IMG/VR virus record: IMGVR_UViG_3300025168_000034
Span: 64,001-128,000 of that record
Length of the DNA: 64,000 nucleotides
Source of the DNA: a virus
Strand: one strand, 5' to 3'
Below, piece by piece: positions 17,321-26,666 of the stretch; position 1 is the stretch's first letter, and each line of letters begins with the position of its first letter. Both the position numbers and the translations under genes were made by a program. The notes under the pieces are model-generated. The model had not been told where the DNA came from. It searched no databases and saw only the letters and a list, made by a program, of their open reading frames with translations.

Positions 17321-20230
17321 CTACGCTATTCCTGATGTCGATACTGCTAACCCTATAACATCTCCCACCTTTTGACCATCCATATTTATTACACCTGGAG
17401 TTTGGAATGCTGCTTTTAAGCTTCTTATCTCTTCAATTAATGTATCCATCTTACTGTCTTCAGCTGAAGAATCCACACTCGATCCTCCACCCAAGTCAAA
17501 GTTGATTGAGTTTCCTAATGCTATCAATATTGGAGCAACTAATGACAATGCTATGAGACCCATAATCGTTGGTAATGTAAATACTCCTGCTACTGCAAAT
17601 GCTGCCAGTCCAGCAGCCATTCCGAATAAGGCTGTACCCATCATTAACATGGCTGGAAGTAAAGCTACAATAGATGTAATAGACGTTGCTACTCCTACGA
17701 ATGCTTGATCGATGGTTGGCATTATTCCAGCTATCAACTCTAATCCTACAGCTGCTAACATTACTCCTACTCCTAAAGCCATCATTCCTAAGCCCAATGC
17801 AACTAAGGCAGGTGCTCCAAATATTGCTGCTATTGCTAATATACCTAATGAAGCTGCAAACGCCAACATTCCAATTGCTGCTAATCCAAACGCTGGACCT
17901 AGTAGCATCAATCCTAATATAGCTTCTGGGGTTATGGCTGATAGCATAGTTACAAATCCATCAGCTATTGCTTGTATAATTGGTGGGACTGCTCCTAATA
18001 CTCCTATGATAATGTTTCCAAACGCCTCTACTAATGGTGTTAATAGTGATAGTGCAAATGTGAGTGGAATCAAAGCTACACCAAAAAGTGCGAGGACTGC
18101 TATTCCTTGTATCGCTCCTGCAGCTGATGCTCCCACTGCAGCTAATCCTTTTCCTAAACCACTTAAACCAATTCGTATTGCTGGTCCTGTCAATGCTATA
18201 AACGACAAGAATGGAATTGCTGCAATTGCTAATATGAAAGCAGGTCCTGCTAATGCAACTGCACCAATACCTTTAAATACTTTACTATTACCCATAGCTT
18301 TTAAACCTGCAGCTAATGATTTTAATCCTCCTCCACTTTTACTAGAACCCTCTGCTGCTTTAGGTCCCAGATCTTTTGTTTTATCTAATCCTGGCACATC
18401 TGACTTAGGTTCACCACCTTTAAGGGCACCTTTCAAACCTCCAGTTAATGCTTTTTTGGCACTAGCAAGCATCTCTTTTCGCTTGCTCTTATCAAACAAA
18501 AACTCTTTTGCTTTTTGTGCCATTCGTAGTAGGTGACCTTTGAGGTCCATTGCCATCTTACTTTTTCCAGTCATAAGATCCCACGCTGCCTTTGCTTTTG
18601 CTACAACAAAATCTTTAGCGGCTATTGCGCCTGATTTTATTTGAAGTAAGATTTTTTTAGCTATTGCTTTAACTTGTTTCAAGCTTTCGATACCAAACAT
18701 TTTCATGCTATCCTTAACACCTTCCATTGTACCTGATAATGTGCTAAATCCTTCTACTAGAGAAAATGCAGTTATACCAGTCTCTTTTAGCTTGTCAAAT
18801 AAGCCTCCTGCACCTGCTGCTAACTCATCCATAGTAACATCACCGGCTGCTAATGCTGCTTGTTGATCTTCTGTCAAGTCATTTAACTTGTCTTGGTTTT
18901 TAACCATCTTTTGCATCTCACCAACCGACACGCCATAAGAATCTGCTAACGCTTGTCTTTGAATAGCATTCATCTTATTGAATTCTACTTCTCCTCCTAC
19001 TTGATCCAACATTGCTTTCGTTGCTCCGGCTAAGTCACCCTCCAAAGCTAACTGTCTTGCTTTATCGAGATTAATTTCTCTACCCAACAACACACTTGCT
19101 TCCATTTGTTTTTCAATGGAGTTTTCAAAGTCAAGTAGATTTTCAGTCATCTGGACTAATGGCCCCATCTCCATTCCAATTTTCTTAGCAGCAACAGCCA
19201 TACTAGCCATATTCTTACCACCATCCTTACCATATTTAGCAATTGCTTCTTGGTTTTTGGACATGTCTTTTAACACCTCTCCTGGAGCTACGTGTGCAGC
19301 TTTTGCCATGTTAGCTGCAAATCGTGCTGTCTCATTAGCAGTCTCCATTGTAGCACCTGGCATCATACTTAGCTGAGCTGTTAGCTTTCCAGCCTCTTCG
19401 TTGCTAATACCAAATGATCTTGCTAACGATGCTGCTTCAAGTCTTGCATCTCGAGTGTGTCCTTCAAGAGTACCCATCTCTGCACGCATACCAGCCATCA
19501 CTTCCATTGAGTCTTTGGCACTTGTTCCAGTTAATGAGAACGAATCACTAATTGCTAATCCAGTTTCATGGAATGCTTGTGATACAGCCATTCCTTCATG
19601 ACGAGCATGATCGAATAGAGCTGTCATATTCTTCATGCCTTTTTGGACTTGGTTTAAGAATATACCAGCTGCTACTCTTCCGTCTGTAAATATGTCTTTG
19701 AATACTCCTTGGTATCCAGTAATCTCTTTAAGCTTATCTCTTAATGCTTCTGCATGCTTTTCGTTTTCTGCCGCTAACTCTTCAGCTGCTTCTTGTTTAG
19801 CAGCTTGAGCTTCCATCTCTCTCGTCTGATCTATCATCGTCATATATTGACCTTTGATAGTATCAAGCTGTTCTTTAGTGGCTCCTAGGGCTTTGGCTTG
19901 AGCTACGACTCTCATCTGTTCTTGTCGCAGAGTCATTACCATAATCGACTGTTGTGAGTTCATTGCCATCGACTGAGTCTTCATCTCTGCAGTTTGGGCT
20001 TTTTTTTCTCGTAAGATATCCTTTCCTAAATCGGCGGTATTTGTAAGTATCTCTTCTAAGGTCGAAGACTCCTTAGCTGTATTTTTAAACTCGTTAGTCA
20101 TAGATTTGGCAAAGTCAGCTCCCTTAGCGAAAACTTTCTCCATTTTTTCACTAACACTAGCAAGCGCTTGTGCAGCCTTTTGCAAATTTGCAGCTGCGTC
20201 TTTACCTATTTCTTTGTCTTCTTTAGCCAC
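17321..20230 (-). CDS. Tape measure protein (969 aa)
   Basis: Ala/Gly/Met-rich helical protein with a hydrophobic C-terminal third, located after the tube and chaperone genes. Confidence 0.8.
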   Translation of the reverse strand: MAKEDKEIGKDAAANLQKAAQALASVSEKMEKVFAKGADFAKSMTNEFKNTAKESSTLEEILTNTADLGKDILREKKAQTAEMKTQSMAMNSQQSIMVMTLRQEQMRVVAQAKALGATKEQLDTIKGQYMTMIDQTREMEAQAAKQEAAEELAAENEKHAEALRDKLKEITGYQGVFKDIFTDGRVAAGIFLNQVQKGMKNMTALFDHARHEGMAVSQAFHETGLAISDSFSLTGTSAKDSMEVMAGMRAEMGTLEGHTRDARLEAASLARSFGISNEEAGKLTAQLSMMPGATMETANETARFAANMAKAAHVAPGEVLKDMSKNQEAIAKYGKDGGKNMASMAVAAKKIGMEMGPLVQMTENLLDFENSIEKQMEASVLLGREINLDKARQLALEGDLAGATKAMLDQVGGEVEFNKMNAIQRQALADSYGVSVGEMQKMVKNQDKLNDLTEDQQAALAAGDVTMDELAAGAGGLFDKLKETGITAFSLVEGFSTLSGTMEGVKDSMKMFGIESLKQVKAIAKKILLQIKSGAIAAKDFVVAKAKAAWDLMTGKSKMAMDLKGHLLRMAQKAKEFLFDKSKRKEMLASAKKALTGGLKGALKGGEPKSDVPGLDKTKDLGPKAAEGSSKSGGGLKSLAAGLKAMGNSKVFKGIGAVALAGPAFILAIAAIPFLSFIALTGPAIRIGLSGLGKGLAAVGASAAGAIQGIAVLALFGVALIPLTFALSLLTPLVEAFGNIIIGVLGAVPPIIQAIADGFVTMLSAITPEAILGLMLLGPAFGLAAIGMLAFAASLGILAIAAIFGAPALVALGLGMMALGVGVMLAAVGLELIAGIMPTIDQAFVGVATSITSIVALLPAMLMMGTALFGMAAGLAAFAVAGVFTLPTIMGLIALSLVAPILIALGNSINFDLGGGSSVDSSAEDSKMDTLIEEIRSLKAAFQTPGVINMDGQKVGDVIGLAVSTSGIA

Positions 20231-20236
20231 AGACTA

Positions 20237-20581
20237 TTATCTTCTTAAACCGTGTTTCTTGAGTATGTTGTTGAGCCTTGAACTGCTTACTTGATTTCGC
20301 AATACTTTAGCAAAACCTTTTGGATCTTTTGCTAACCACCCTTTAGCTGTACGTTGCCAGTTTGCATCTGACATCTTAAACTTCTTAGCAAGACCTTTGA
20401 AGTCTTTGTGTTTGAGTAAGAAATCGTATTGGTAGTCGGCTTTTCTATTAGTAGCCCATTTCATACCACCTGCAATCTTATCAATCACCCATCCAGTTAA
20501 TCCACCTTCATCTAAGTGTTGTGGAGCTTGTTTTATGTATTCTCGAATTTTTTCGCGTAGTTCTTTCTCTCTTGGATCCAT
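20237..20581 (-). CDS. Hypothetical protein (114 aa)
   Basis: Leader ending LDE/G. Late motif at 20595-20602. Confidence 0.65.
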   Translation of the reverse strand: MDPREKELREKIREYIKQAPQHLDEGGLTGWVIDKIAGGMKWATNRKADYQYDFLLKHKDFKGLAKKFKMSDANWQRTAKGWLAKDPKGFAKVLRNQVSSSRLNNILKKHGLRR

Positions 20582-20594
20582 GTGTTTGCTTTCT

Positions 20595-20602
20595 TATAAA
20601 TA
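20595..20602 (-). promoter_or_regulatory. Putative late promoter motif TATTTATA
   Basis: Between the terminator and ATG 20581. Confidence 0.65.
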
Positions 20603-20614
20603 GTTTGGAATAAT

Positions 20615-20643
20615 AAAAAAAGCCACCCTAACTAGGATGGCTT
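20615..20643 (-). terminator. Intrinsic terminator
   Basis: AAGCCA(T)CCTA / TAGG(G)TGGCTT stem followed by a T-run on the minus strand. Confidence 0.7.
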
Positions 20644-20647
20644 CCCA

Positions 20648-20872
20648 CTATCTTCGTGATTGGCTTTTGATTTTATCAACCTCAGCTTGCTCTGCCTTAT
20701 TTTCTTTTTCCTTAATCTCAGCCAACTTACGGTAGTAGTAGCTTCGTATATGTACCGGCAATTGGTAGAGTTCTGTCCATGACCAGCCCATTTTTCCGTA
20801 GTACATAAGTTCGAAAAGCTGGTCGTATAGGCGGGCCTTATAGCTAGACCCCAGGCCAAAAAAACCCGACAT
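20648..20872 (-). CDS. gp51-like baseplate/tail assembly chaperone; possibly expressed as a frameshift extension of the upstream gene
   Basis: LFELMYYGKMGWSWTELYQLPVHIRSYY pattern. Overlaps the end of the gp26-like gene in the +1 frame. Confidence 0.6.
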   Translation of the reverse strand: MSGFFGLGSSYKARLYDQLFELMYYGKMGWSWTELYQLPVHIRSYYYRKLAEIKEKENKAEQAEVDKIKSQSRR

Positions 20873-21728
20873 CAATCGGTAACTGCATGTTAGCCGATTC
20901 GTGACCACAATGCGGACACTCAAAGTATATTGTAGTGTCTATGTCTGGAGTCACTACCTTTAGATGTTTTCTTAATGCTAATGAATCCCTCGACAACATA
21001 TTATCTACAGACTGATTAATATAAGCTCTTTCTTCATTACCATCAATAGCAACGATTACTTGCTTGAGTCTTGTTGTTAAATCTCTATCAATTCCCGATA
21101 CTTTAGATCGTTTTTTGTTTGCCTTTGCTGCTGCTTCAATAGCTTTTTCATCGCCATGTGTAAGCATCTTTAAAGTCAATTCGCTTTTTGAAGCTGGCAA
21201 GCTAAATTTGTGAGTTACTTCTCCTTCTGCAAAGATGTTCCAATCAATTTCTTTTTCTTGAAATTGCTGAAGATCTATAACATGTGTAGACTTTTCACCA
21301 CAATCCGGACAAGTGATTTCAACTTCATAATCTTCTCCATAGGCTAATATTCTAGCTGCAATAAAGATTGCGTTTTTGTCAACCGTAAGCAGGTCGTTGT
21401 AGTTGATCTTTGTTACAATAAGAGATTGTAACAACTTATCTATTACTACTCCTTGCTTAATTAAGTTTTGTGATGCTAGGATATCCTCCTCTTTAGCAGT
21501 CATGTATTTCATCTCAATCTGTCCTGATTTTAATGGATGACCTTCTGGGTAGAATAAACCTCTACTTGGCAATGCAATTGTTTCTGTGGGTACGTTTACT
21601 GTTTCACCTTTTGTGAATTCAGACGGAGCGCCAGTATTAACATGGTTACTCATAACCATCTCTTTTAACTCTTTATCGCTTAATTCAGGTTGATTCTTTG
21701 GATAATCGTCGTTTACAACTTTACTCAT
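20844..21728 (-). CDS. gp26-like baseplate hub / tail assembly chaperone
   Basis: LPSRGLFY, YMTAKEEDIL, RILAYG, two CxxC motifs (CPDC, CPHC). Follows the tail tube gene. Confidence 0.75.
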   Translation of the reverse strand: MSKVVNDDYPKNQPELSDKELKEMVMSNHVNTGAPSEFTKGETVNVPTETIALPSRGLFYPEGHPLKSGQIEMKYMTAKEEDILASQNLIKQGVVIDKLLQSLIVTKINYNDLLTVDKNAIFIAARILAYGEDYEVEITCPDCGEKSTHVIDLQQFQEKEIDWNIFAEGEVTHKFSLPASKSELTLKMLTHGDEKAIEAAAKANKKRSKVSGIDRDLTTRLKQVIVAIDGNEERAYINQSVDNMLSRDSLALRKHLKVVTPDIDTTIYFECPHCGHESANMQLPIDVGFFWPGV

Positions 21729-21760
21729 TTTATTTTAATTTAGTAACTAATGTCTTTACA

Positions 21761-21768
21761 TATAAATA
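21761..21768 (-). promoter_or_regulatory. Putative late promoter motif TATTTATA
   Basis: Immediately after the tube terminator, 32 nt from the ATG. Confidence 0.65.
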
Positions 21769-21778
21769 GGCACAAAAT

Positions 21779-21805
21779 AAAAAAAGCCAACTTTTTATAG
21801 TTGGC
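21779..21805 (-). terminator. Intrinsic terminator after the tail tube gene
   Basis: GCCAACT-N6-AGTTGGC followed by T7. Confidence 0.75.
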
Positions 21806-21836
21806 CTCTTTTATGGTGTTGGGTAAGGGTATTATT

Positions 21837-22325
21837 TTAAAATTCTAATACTGCGTAGTCAATTCCTAGTGTAAGTGCAATCTCAACTGGAGTTTCAGTA
21901 GACCAATCCATGTCTCCAAATTGAGCTGTCTTAATATAAGCACCCCAAATTTTCCAATTCTCAATCTTATCACCTACTGGACCTAATACGAATATATCAA
22001 AGTTCTTTTTGTAAAAGTCAGCGTATCCATCTCTACCAGTTACTGATTCGTGTGATGTACGAACCCACTCCATCACTGCTTGTGCTCCTGAAGGAACAAT
22101 TGAATCATACATAGTGATTGTGATGTCACCCCACTTACATTTACCTTTCATCTTTCTGATGATGTTAATGTGATCTAGTACAACCTCCCCACATTCTAAT
22201 TGAGGACGAGAGACTTTTTTACATAAGAAGGATGGAATACCATCGATTTCTAAGATAAATCTATTCTGTACCTTGGGCTCATAATTGGTATAGAATATTT
22301 TGTCGTTTTCTATTAAGTTTGCCAT
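21837..22325 (-). CDS. gp19: Tail tube protein (T4 gp19-like)
   Basis: EPKVQNRFILEI, WGDITITMYD, GDMDWS. Directly after the sheath gene. Confidence 0.85.
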   Translation of the reverse strand: MANLIENDKIFYTNYEPKVQNRFILEIDGIPSFLCKKVSRPQLECGEVVLDHINIIRKMKGKCKWGDITITMYDSIVPSGAQAVMEWVRTSHESVTGRDGYADFYKKNFDIFVLGPVGDKIENWKIWGAYIKTAQFGDMDWSTETPVEIALTLGIDYAVLEF

Positions 22326-22338
22326 AGTTGTTCTTTAT

Positions 22339-22346
22339 TATAAATA
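22339..22346 (-). promoter_or_regulatory. Putative late promoter motif TATTTATA
   Basis: 13 nt upstream of the tube ATG. Confidence 0.65.
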
Positions 22347-22361
22347 GTCTGTGTACTAATT

Positions 22362-24836
22362 TTATGCGTTATCAAATGTTGCTCCAGTTGGTAAAACATT
22401 GAAGTCAAGTACGATGAATTCTGCAGCCTTTGCTGGTTGAATGAATATCTGACCTACCATTTGGTTTCTATCTATAACGTCTGGAGTATTGTTTGTTTCA
22501 TCCATTACTACTCTGTAAGCAAATAATCCTTGTCTCGATTTTACTGTCTCTAAGTATGGAGTTACAATGTTTAAGAATCTCTGACGAGTTTCAGTTGTAT
22601 TGTTCTCGAATACTAAGAATCTTGAAGAGCTTGCAATGAATTTTTTCAATGCGATTAACAATCTTCTAACATTTACTCTATCAAGTGCACTTGGCTTAGC
22701 TTGTAGTGTTTTCTGACCCCATACACATACTCCTTGGTTAGGGAATGTTGCTATTGGATTAATTCTGTTATCATAAAGATCGTCTCTATCTGATTGTTGA
22801 AGTTTCTTTTCAATGTCTATTGCTTCACTAATTCCACCTCTATTCAATCCAGCTGGTGCAAACCACTCATATGCTACATTGTCAGAGTTAGCGTACACTC
22901 TTGGAAGTACTACTGATGGTGGAACCCACACTGGTTTGTTCTTGTCAGTGTCTAGGATCTTAACCCATGGCCAATAAACTCCAGCAAAGCTTGTGTCTAT
23001 TGATCCGTTAGCTACTGCAGAGACTGCAGCTCCTATTGTGTTTCCTTGTACTACACAATCAAGTAGTGTAAAACAATCTCCTCTATCTTCTGCTACTTCA
23101 ATCATCTTGTTAGTGATTGCTGAATGATCAGCTATAGTAGCTCCAGGTGCAACAATTAAGTTAACATCTAATTCGTCCGGATTGTTTACTGTGTTTAATG
23201 CTTTGATGTATGCTTTTGCTCCTTTTGCACTTGCAGATGAACAATCCATTCCAAATAGGTTAGTGTTTAGTATGTCTGCTCCAGTCTTCTTTTCTAATGC
23301 TGGATCGTCTCCATCAAATCCACCTTGTAATCCTACTGTGAATTTTAAGAAGTTTGAGATGTCAACTCCAGCAAATGTTGATCCTGTGATGCTTGTGTTT
23401 GCGCTAATAGATGAGTTAGCATCTACTGCTGACGCACTTGCGTGAATCAAACAATCATCAAGGTTAAAGTCGTTATTTGGTAATTGAATTGCACCATTTG
23501 TTAACGGTTTAAGTAATTGGTTTGCATCATTTGTTGAAGCAAAATTGTGACCGTAGAATGCTTTTTTGTTGTATGCTGCGTTAATCTCTGTGTCTTGAGT
23601 GATAAATGATGCAGTTGGTACTGTTACAGCGACGGTGTTGAGTTTTGCGGTTATTGGTGATACGTAAGCATCATATCCAAATGGCTTAACATTTGCTGTA
23701 ATAGCTTTGTTTTTAACATCATCAACTGGGTTTATGTAAACATATTGTGATATGTTATCGTAATCTCCATTTATGGTTACAAGTCCAGCATCCGATACTG
23801 ATTTATACTTATCTCCAATTCTTCGAGAAATAAAGTTTGGAGAATCTGGATCCAAGTTTAGATTAGCAAACGATTCCAATACTGATGGTCGTTTATCTGT
23901 ATCACCGAACTCTCTTACTAATAGTGTAAATGAACCGTAATCACTTGCTGGATTACCTCCAGGTAGTAGTGTGTTTATAATACTAACTTTTATAGAAGTG
24001 TTAGTGTCAGTTCCGTCTGCTATAGTTTTTACTTTGAAAAGATCCAACTTAGCTCCACCAATTGTTTGTGATGTAATGTATGGTGTACATGCTGGTTGTG
24101 GATCTCCTGCATCGGAGCTCGAATAATCTACTAAAGTGTCTATTGATGCAGTTGCAAAATATATTGCAGAACCAGTTGCGCCAGTTGAGGTTGCAGAAGC
24201 TGCATTAGCAACAGTTGTTGTGAATTGACTAACATCAGCTTTTAAGAAGTTATCAAAGTATTGAAATGTGTATGCTTTTTTAGCTCCTTGAGGAGACTCT
24301 CCAAGTACATTTTTAAGGCTACTTACATTGCTTGGGTTAGCAGATGCTGTGTATCCACCACTGATAAAGTCGATTCCAGATCCAGACAACATGAAGTTGA
24401 AAGAAGATGTAAGACTAACTGCTTGATCAGCTGTTGTTGGGAAGCTAGAAAGTGTGTAATCGTGGCCGGTTGATGCTCCGTCTGTTGTGTTTTTTGTTGG
24501 TAATAAAGTTCCTACTACTCTCAAACCCCAAGATCCGGATGCAAGAATATGCAGACCATTTGCACCATATCCACCTTCCTGCATTACTCTAACGACAGTG
24601 ACAGTCGAAGCTGCATTTAAGTAGCTCTTAACTGCATAAGGTACATAAGTGCTCTCACTTAATCCTCCAAACTTAGCAATAAATTCATCAAAATTTTCTA
24701 CAATTGTAGGTACAAAGGCTGGGCCTTTTCTCGTAGGTCCTACAATAGCTGCTCCAATGGCAGCGATACCTGCGGGTAAAAAGGAAAGATCCTTTTCGTT
24801 TGTAAATACTCCTGGGCTAACAATTTTCTCGGCCAT
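22362..24836 (-). CDS. gp18: Contractile tail sheath protein (T4 gp18-like)
   Basis: SPGVFTNEKD, YWPWV, WFAPAGLNRG, WGQKTLQ, DRVNVRRLL, FENN, DETNNTPDVID. Confidence 0.95.
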   Translation of the reverse strand: MAEKIVSPGVFTNEKDLSFLPAGIAAIGAAIVGPTRKGPAFVPTIVENFDEFIAKFGGLSESTYVPYAVKSYLNAASTVTVVRVMQEGGYGANGLHILASGSWGLRVVGTLLPTKNTTDGASTGHDYTLSSFPTTADQAVSLTSSFNFMLSGSGIDFISGGYTASANPSNVSSLKNVLGESPQGAKKAYTFQYFDNFLKADVSQFTTTVANAASATSTGATGSAIYFATASIDTLVDYSSSDAGDPQPACTPYITSQTIGGAKLDLFKVKTIADGTDTNTSIKVSIINTLLPGGNPASDYGSFTLLVREFGDTDKRPSVLESFANLNLDPDSPNFISRRIGDKYKSVSDAGLVTINGDYDNISQYVYINPVDDVKNKAITANVKPFGYDAYVSPITAKLNTVAVTVPTASFITQDTEINAAYNKKAFYGHNFASTNDANQLLKPLTNGAIQLPNNDFNLDDCLIHASASAVDANSSISANTSITGSTFAGVDISNFLKFTVGLQGGFDGDDPALEKKTGADILNTNLFGMDCSSASAKGAKAYIKALNTVNNPDELDVNLIVAPGATIADHSAITNKMIEVAEDRGDCFTLLDCVVQGNTIGAAVSAVANGSIDTSFAGVYWPWVKILDTDKNKPVWVPPSVVLPRVYANSDNVAYEWFAPAGLNRGGISEAIDIEKKLQQSDRDDLYDNRINPIATFPNQGVCVWGQKTLQAKPSALDRVNVRRLLIALKKFIASSSRFLVFENNTTETRQRFLNIVTPYLETVKSRQGLFAYRVVMDETNNTPDVIDRNQMVGQIFIQPAKAAEFIVLDFNVLPTGATFDNA

Positions 24837-24867
24837 AGTGATATTATATTATAATTTTCTTGTTATT

Positions 24868-24875
24868 AATAAATA
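24868..24875 (-). promoter_or_regulatory. Putative late promoter variant TATTTATT
   Basis: 31 nt upstream of the sheath ATG. Confidence 0.5.
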
Positions 24876-24909
24876 TGTCAACTATAACCCAGAACCTAGT
24901 TTTTAGATG

Positions 24910-25170
24910 TTAATTTGGTGTAAATTCACCAGTAGTCATATCTAAAGAACCTACTCCATATTTTTCATTCAAATCATCAGCCAATTTCTTTTCTCTCTTA
25001 TTAATCTCTTGAATACCATTGGTGAGTGTTTCTTCTTGTTCGTTTAGCTTTTTTAAATACTCTTCGCTAGAGTTTTTTGCTAGCTTTAATTGAACAAACT
25101 GAACGCCTACTTGTGTGTATTCTTCTTGAATGGTCTTGATGCTTTGCATCTCTTCATCTGTAATCTTCAT
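24910..25170 (-). CDS. Coiled-coil hypothetical protein (86 aa)
   Basis: Heptad pattern, ends KYGVGSLDMTTGEFTPN. Late motif at 25186-25193. Confidence 0.7.
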   Translation of the reverse strand: MKITDEEMQSIKTIQEEYTQVGVQFVQLKLAKNSSEEYLKKLNEQEETLTNGIQEINKREKKLADDLNEKYGVGSLDMTTGEFTPN

Positions 25171-25185
25171 AACATTTTCCTTTAT

Positions 25186-25193
25186 TATAAATA
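25186..25193 (-). promoter_or_regulatory. Putative late promoter motif TATTTATA
   Basis: 15 nt upstream of ATG 25170. Confidence 0.6.
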
Positions 25194-25211
25194 TGTTGAT
25201 TTTTTTGAAAG

Positions 25212-26663
25212 TTACAATTCTATAAGAGTTGTGTCATTAGGATTGATAAGAATATTACCTTTGTTGGTGGTGTATATTTTTTTAGATGTTCCACCGCCAC
25301 TTGTAGCAGGCACTGTTACAGAAGTAGAAGTAACAAAACTACTAGTTGTTAGGTGGTGTTGATTTTTAGACTGAATTTTGTAATTATAAGTACCATCTGG
25401 TAATTCTAGATCTGCAAATACCGTTGGAACGAAACTACCAAAAGAAGCAGTATTTGCAGCAGATGGTGAAGAGCCAGATAGAGTTGCTATGTGAGTATAA
25501 CCACTTCCATCATCACGTTGTATATTATACATGATATCTTCGAGCCTATTATCTGATCCTGAGTTTTGAGCCCATGATAGAAATACGTTATTGGTTACAG
25601 CTGAAGCAGTAACGGCAGTAGGTAAGGGAGGTGTATCAACTGAAACTAATTCATACATCCAGGCATGATAACTTAACAAGTTTACAGTGTTCCCATCTCC
25701 CTCTTCATTTAATACTATTCTTAAATATTGTGTTTTTATTGGAGTACAAAAATCTAAAGTATAATAAGTATGAGACACATGTTGCTGTGTATTCTCATGA
25801 TCTACTGAAGCAACTAATGTCCAGTCATTGTAATTTCCGGTATCAGATTTCCATACTTGAAATGATCCTGGGTAGTAGGTAGCGTTACTGTATCCGGACA
25901 TTAGCATAGATCTGAATAATTTTGGTCCATCACCAAAACTTAAATCTAAACTACCAATATCAGCATTTGCATACCAACCATAATTTTCTCTTTGAGGAGA
26001 AGTTAATTTAGTTAAACTGGTGTTACTTCCTCCCTCAAAACTTCCGGTGACATTTGTTGTGCTTGGATCTAATAGATTAACATTCTTTATGTATTGGGAA
26101 GAATCCCATGCTGCGAACCCTGCTAATCCTCTATATCCACTCCCTGCAGATCCAGTTACAATTAAAAGTCTATAGTATCTGTAATAATCGTTATTTACAC
26201 ATGTCGCATCAGTGTCGTGTTGAATATTACTACCTTTATCTAGTGCAACTAATCCTGTCCAATTAGTAGCATCGTTTGAGGCACTAATTTGATATCCTGT
26301 ACCACAGAAATTATTATTTGATGCATCGGTAAATATAAAACTATCTAAACTAGCTGTATAACCTATCCCATTGTCAAGATCAAAATTAAGACCAATTGGA
26401 TCACCTACAGGGTTTGTATCTCCTAAATAAGCTTGTCCGGTGGTGGCATTCCATCTATAATGATTATCAAAAAACCCTAAGTCTTTAGCGTATTGTTTGC
26501 CGTTTAAAGTGCTTGAACCTTTTCTGACCCATTCAGGTCCATAATTAGCAGTACTACTGAATTGAGGACCGGTTGCTGTAACCGAAGATGAATATATTGC
26601 ATTTACCTGTTCATGTAAAGGCCAATGTGGAGTAGATTCATGTTTGAATAATGCTATAGACAT
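25212..26663 (-). CDS. Virion surface protein with two discoidin (F5/8 type C)-like domains and an FN3-like domain
   Basis: YQISASNDATNWT..YYRYYRLLI and FQVWKSD..DWT..TQYLRIVL; VFLSW..YNIQR..GTYNYKIQS. Confidence 0.6.
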   Translation of the reverse strand: MSIALFKHESTPHWPLHEQVNAIYSSSVTATGPQFSSTANYGPEWVRKGSSTLNGKQYAKDLGFFDNHYRWNATTGQAYLGDTNPVGDPIGLNFDLDNGIGYTASLDSFIFTDASNNNFCGTGYQISASNDATNWTGLVALDKGSNIQHDTDATCVNNDYYRYYRLLIVTGSAGSGYRGLAGFAAWDSSQYIKNVNLLDPSTTNVTGSFEGGSNTSLTKLTSPQRENYGWYANADIGSLDLSFGDGPKLFRSMLMSGYSNATYYPGSFQVWKSDTGNYNDWTLVASVDHENTQQHVSHTYYTLDFCTPIKTQYLRIVLNEEGDGNTVNLLSYHAWMYELVSVDTPPLPTAVTASAVTNNVFLSWAQNSGSDNRLEDIMYNIQRDDGSGYTHIATLSGSSPSAANTASFGSFVPTVFADLELPDGTYNYKIQSKNQHHLTTSSFVTSTSVTVPATSGGGTSKKIYTTNKGNILINPNDTTLIEL

Positions 26664-26666
26664 ATG

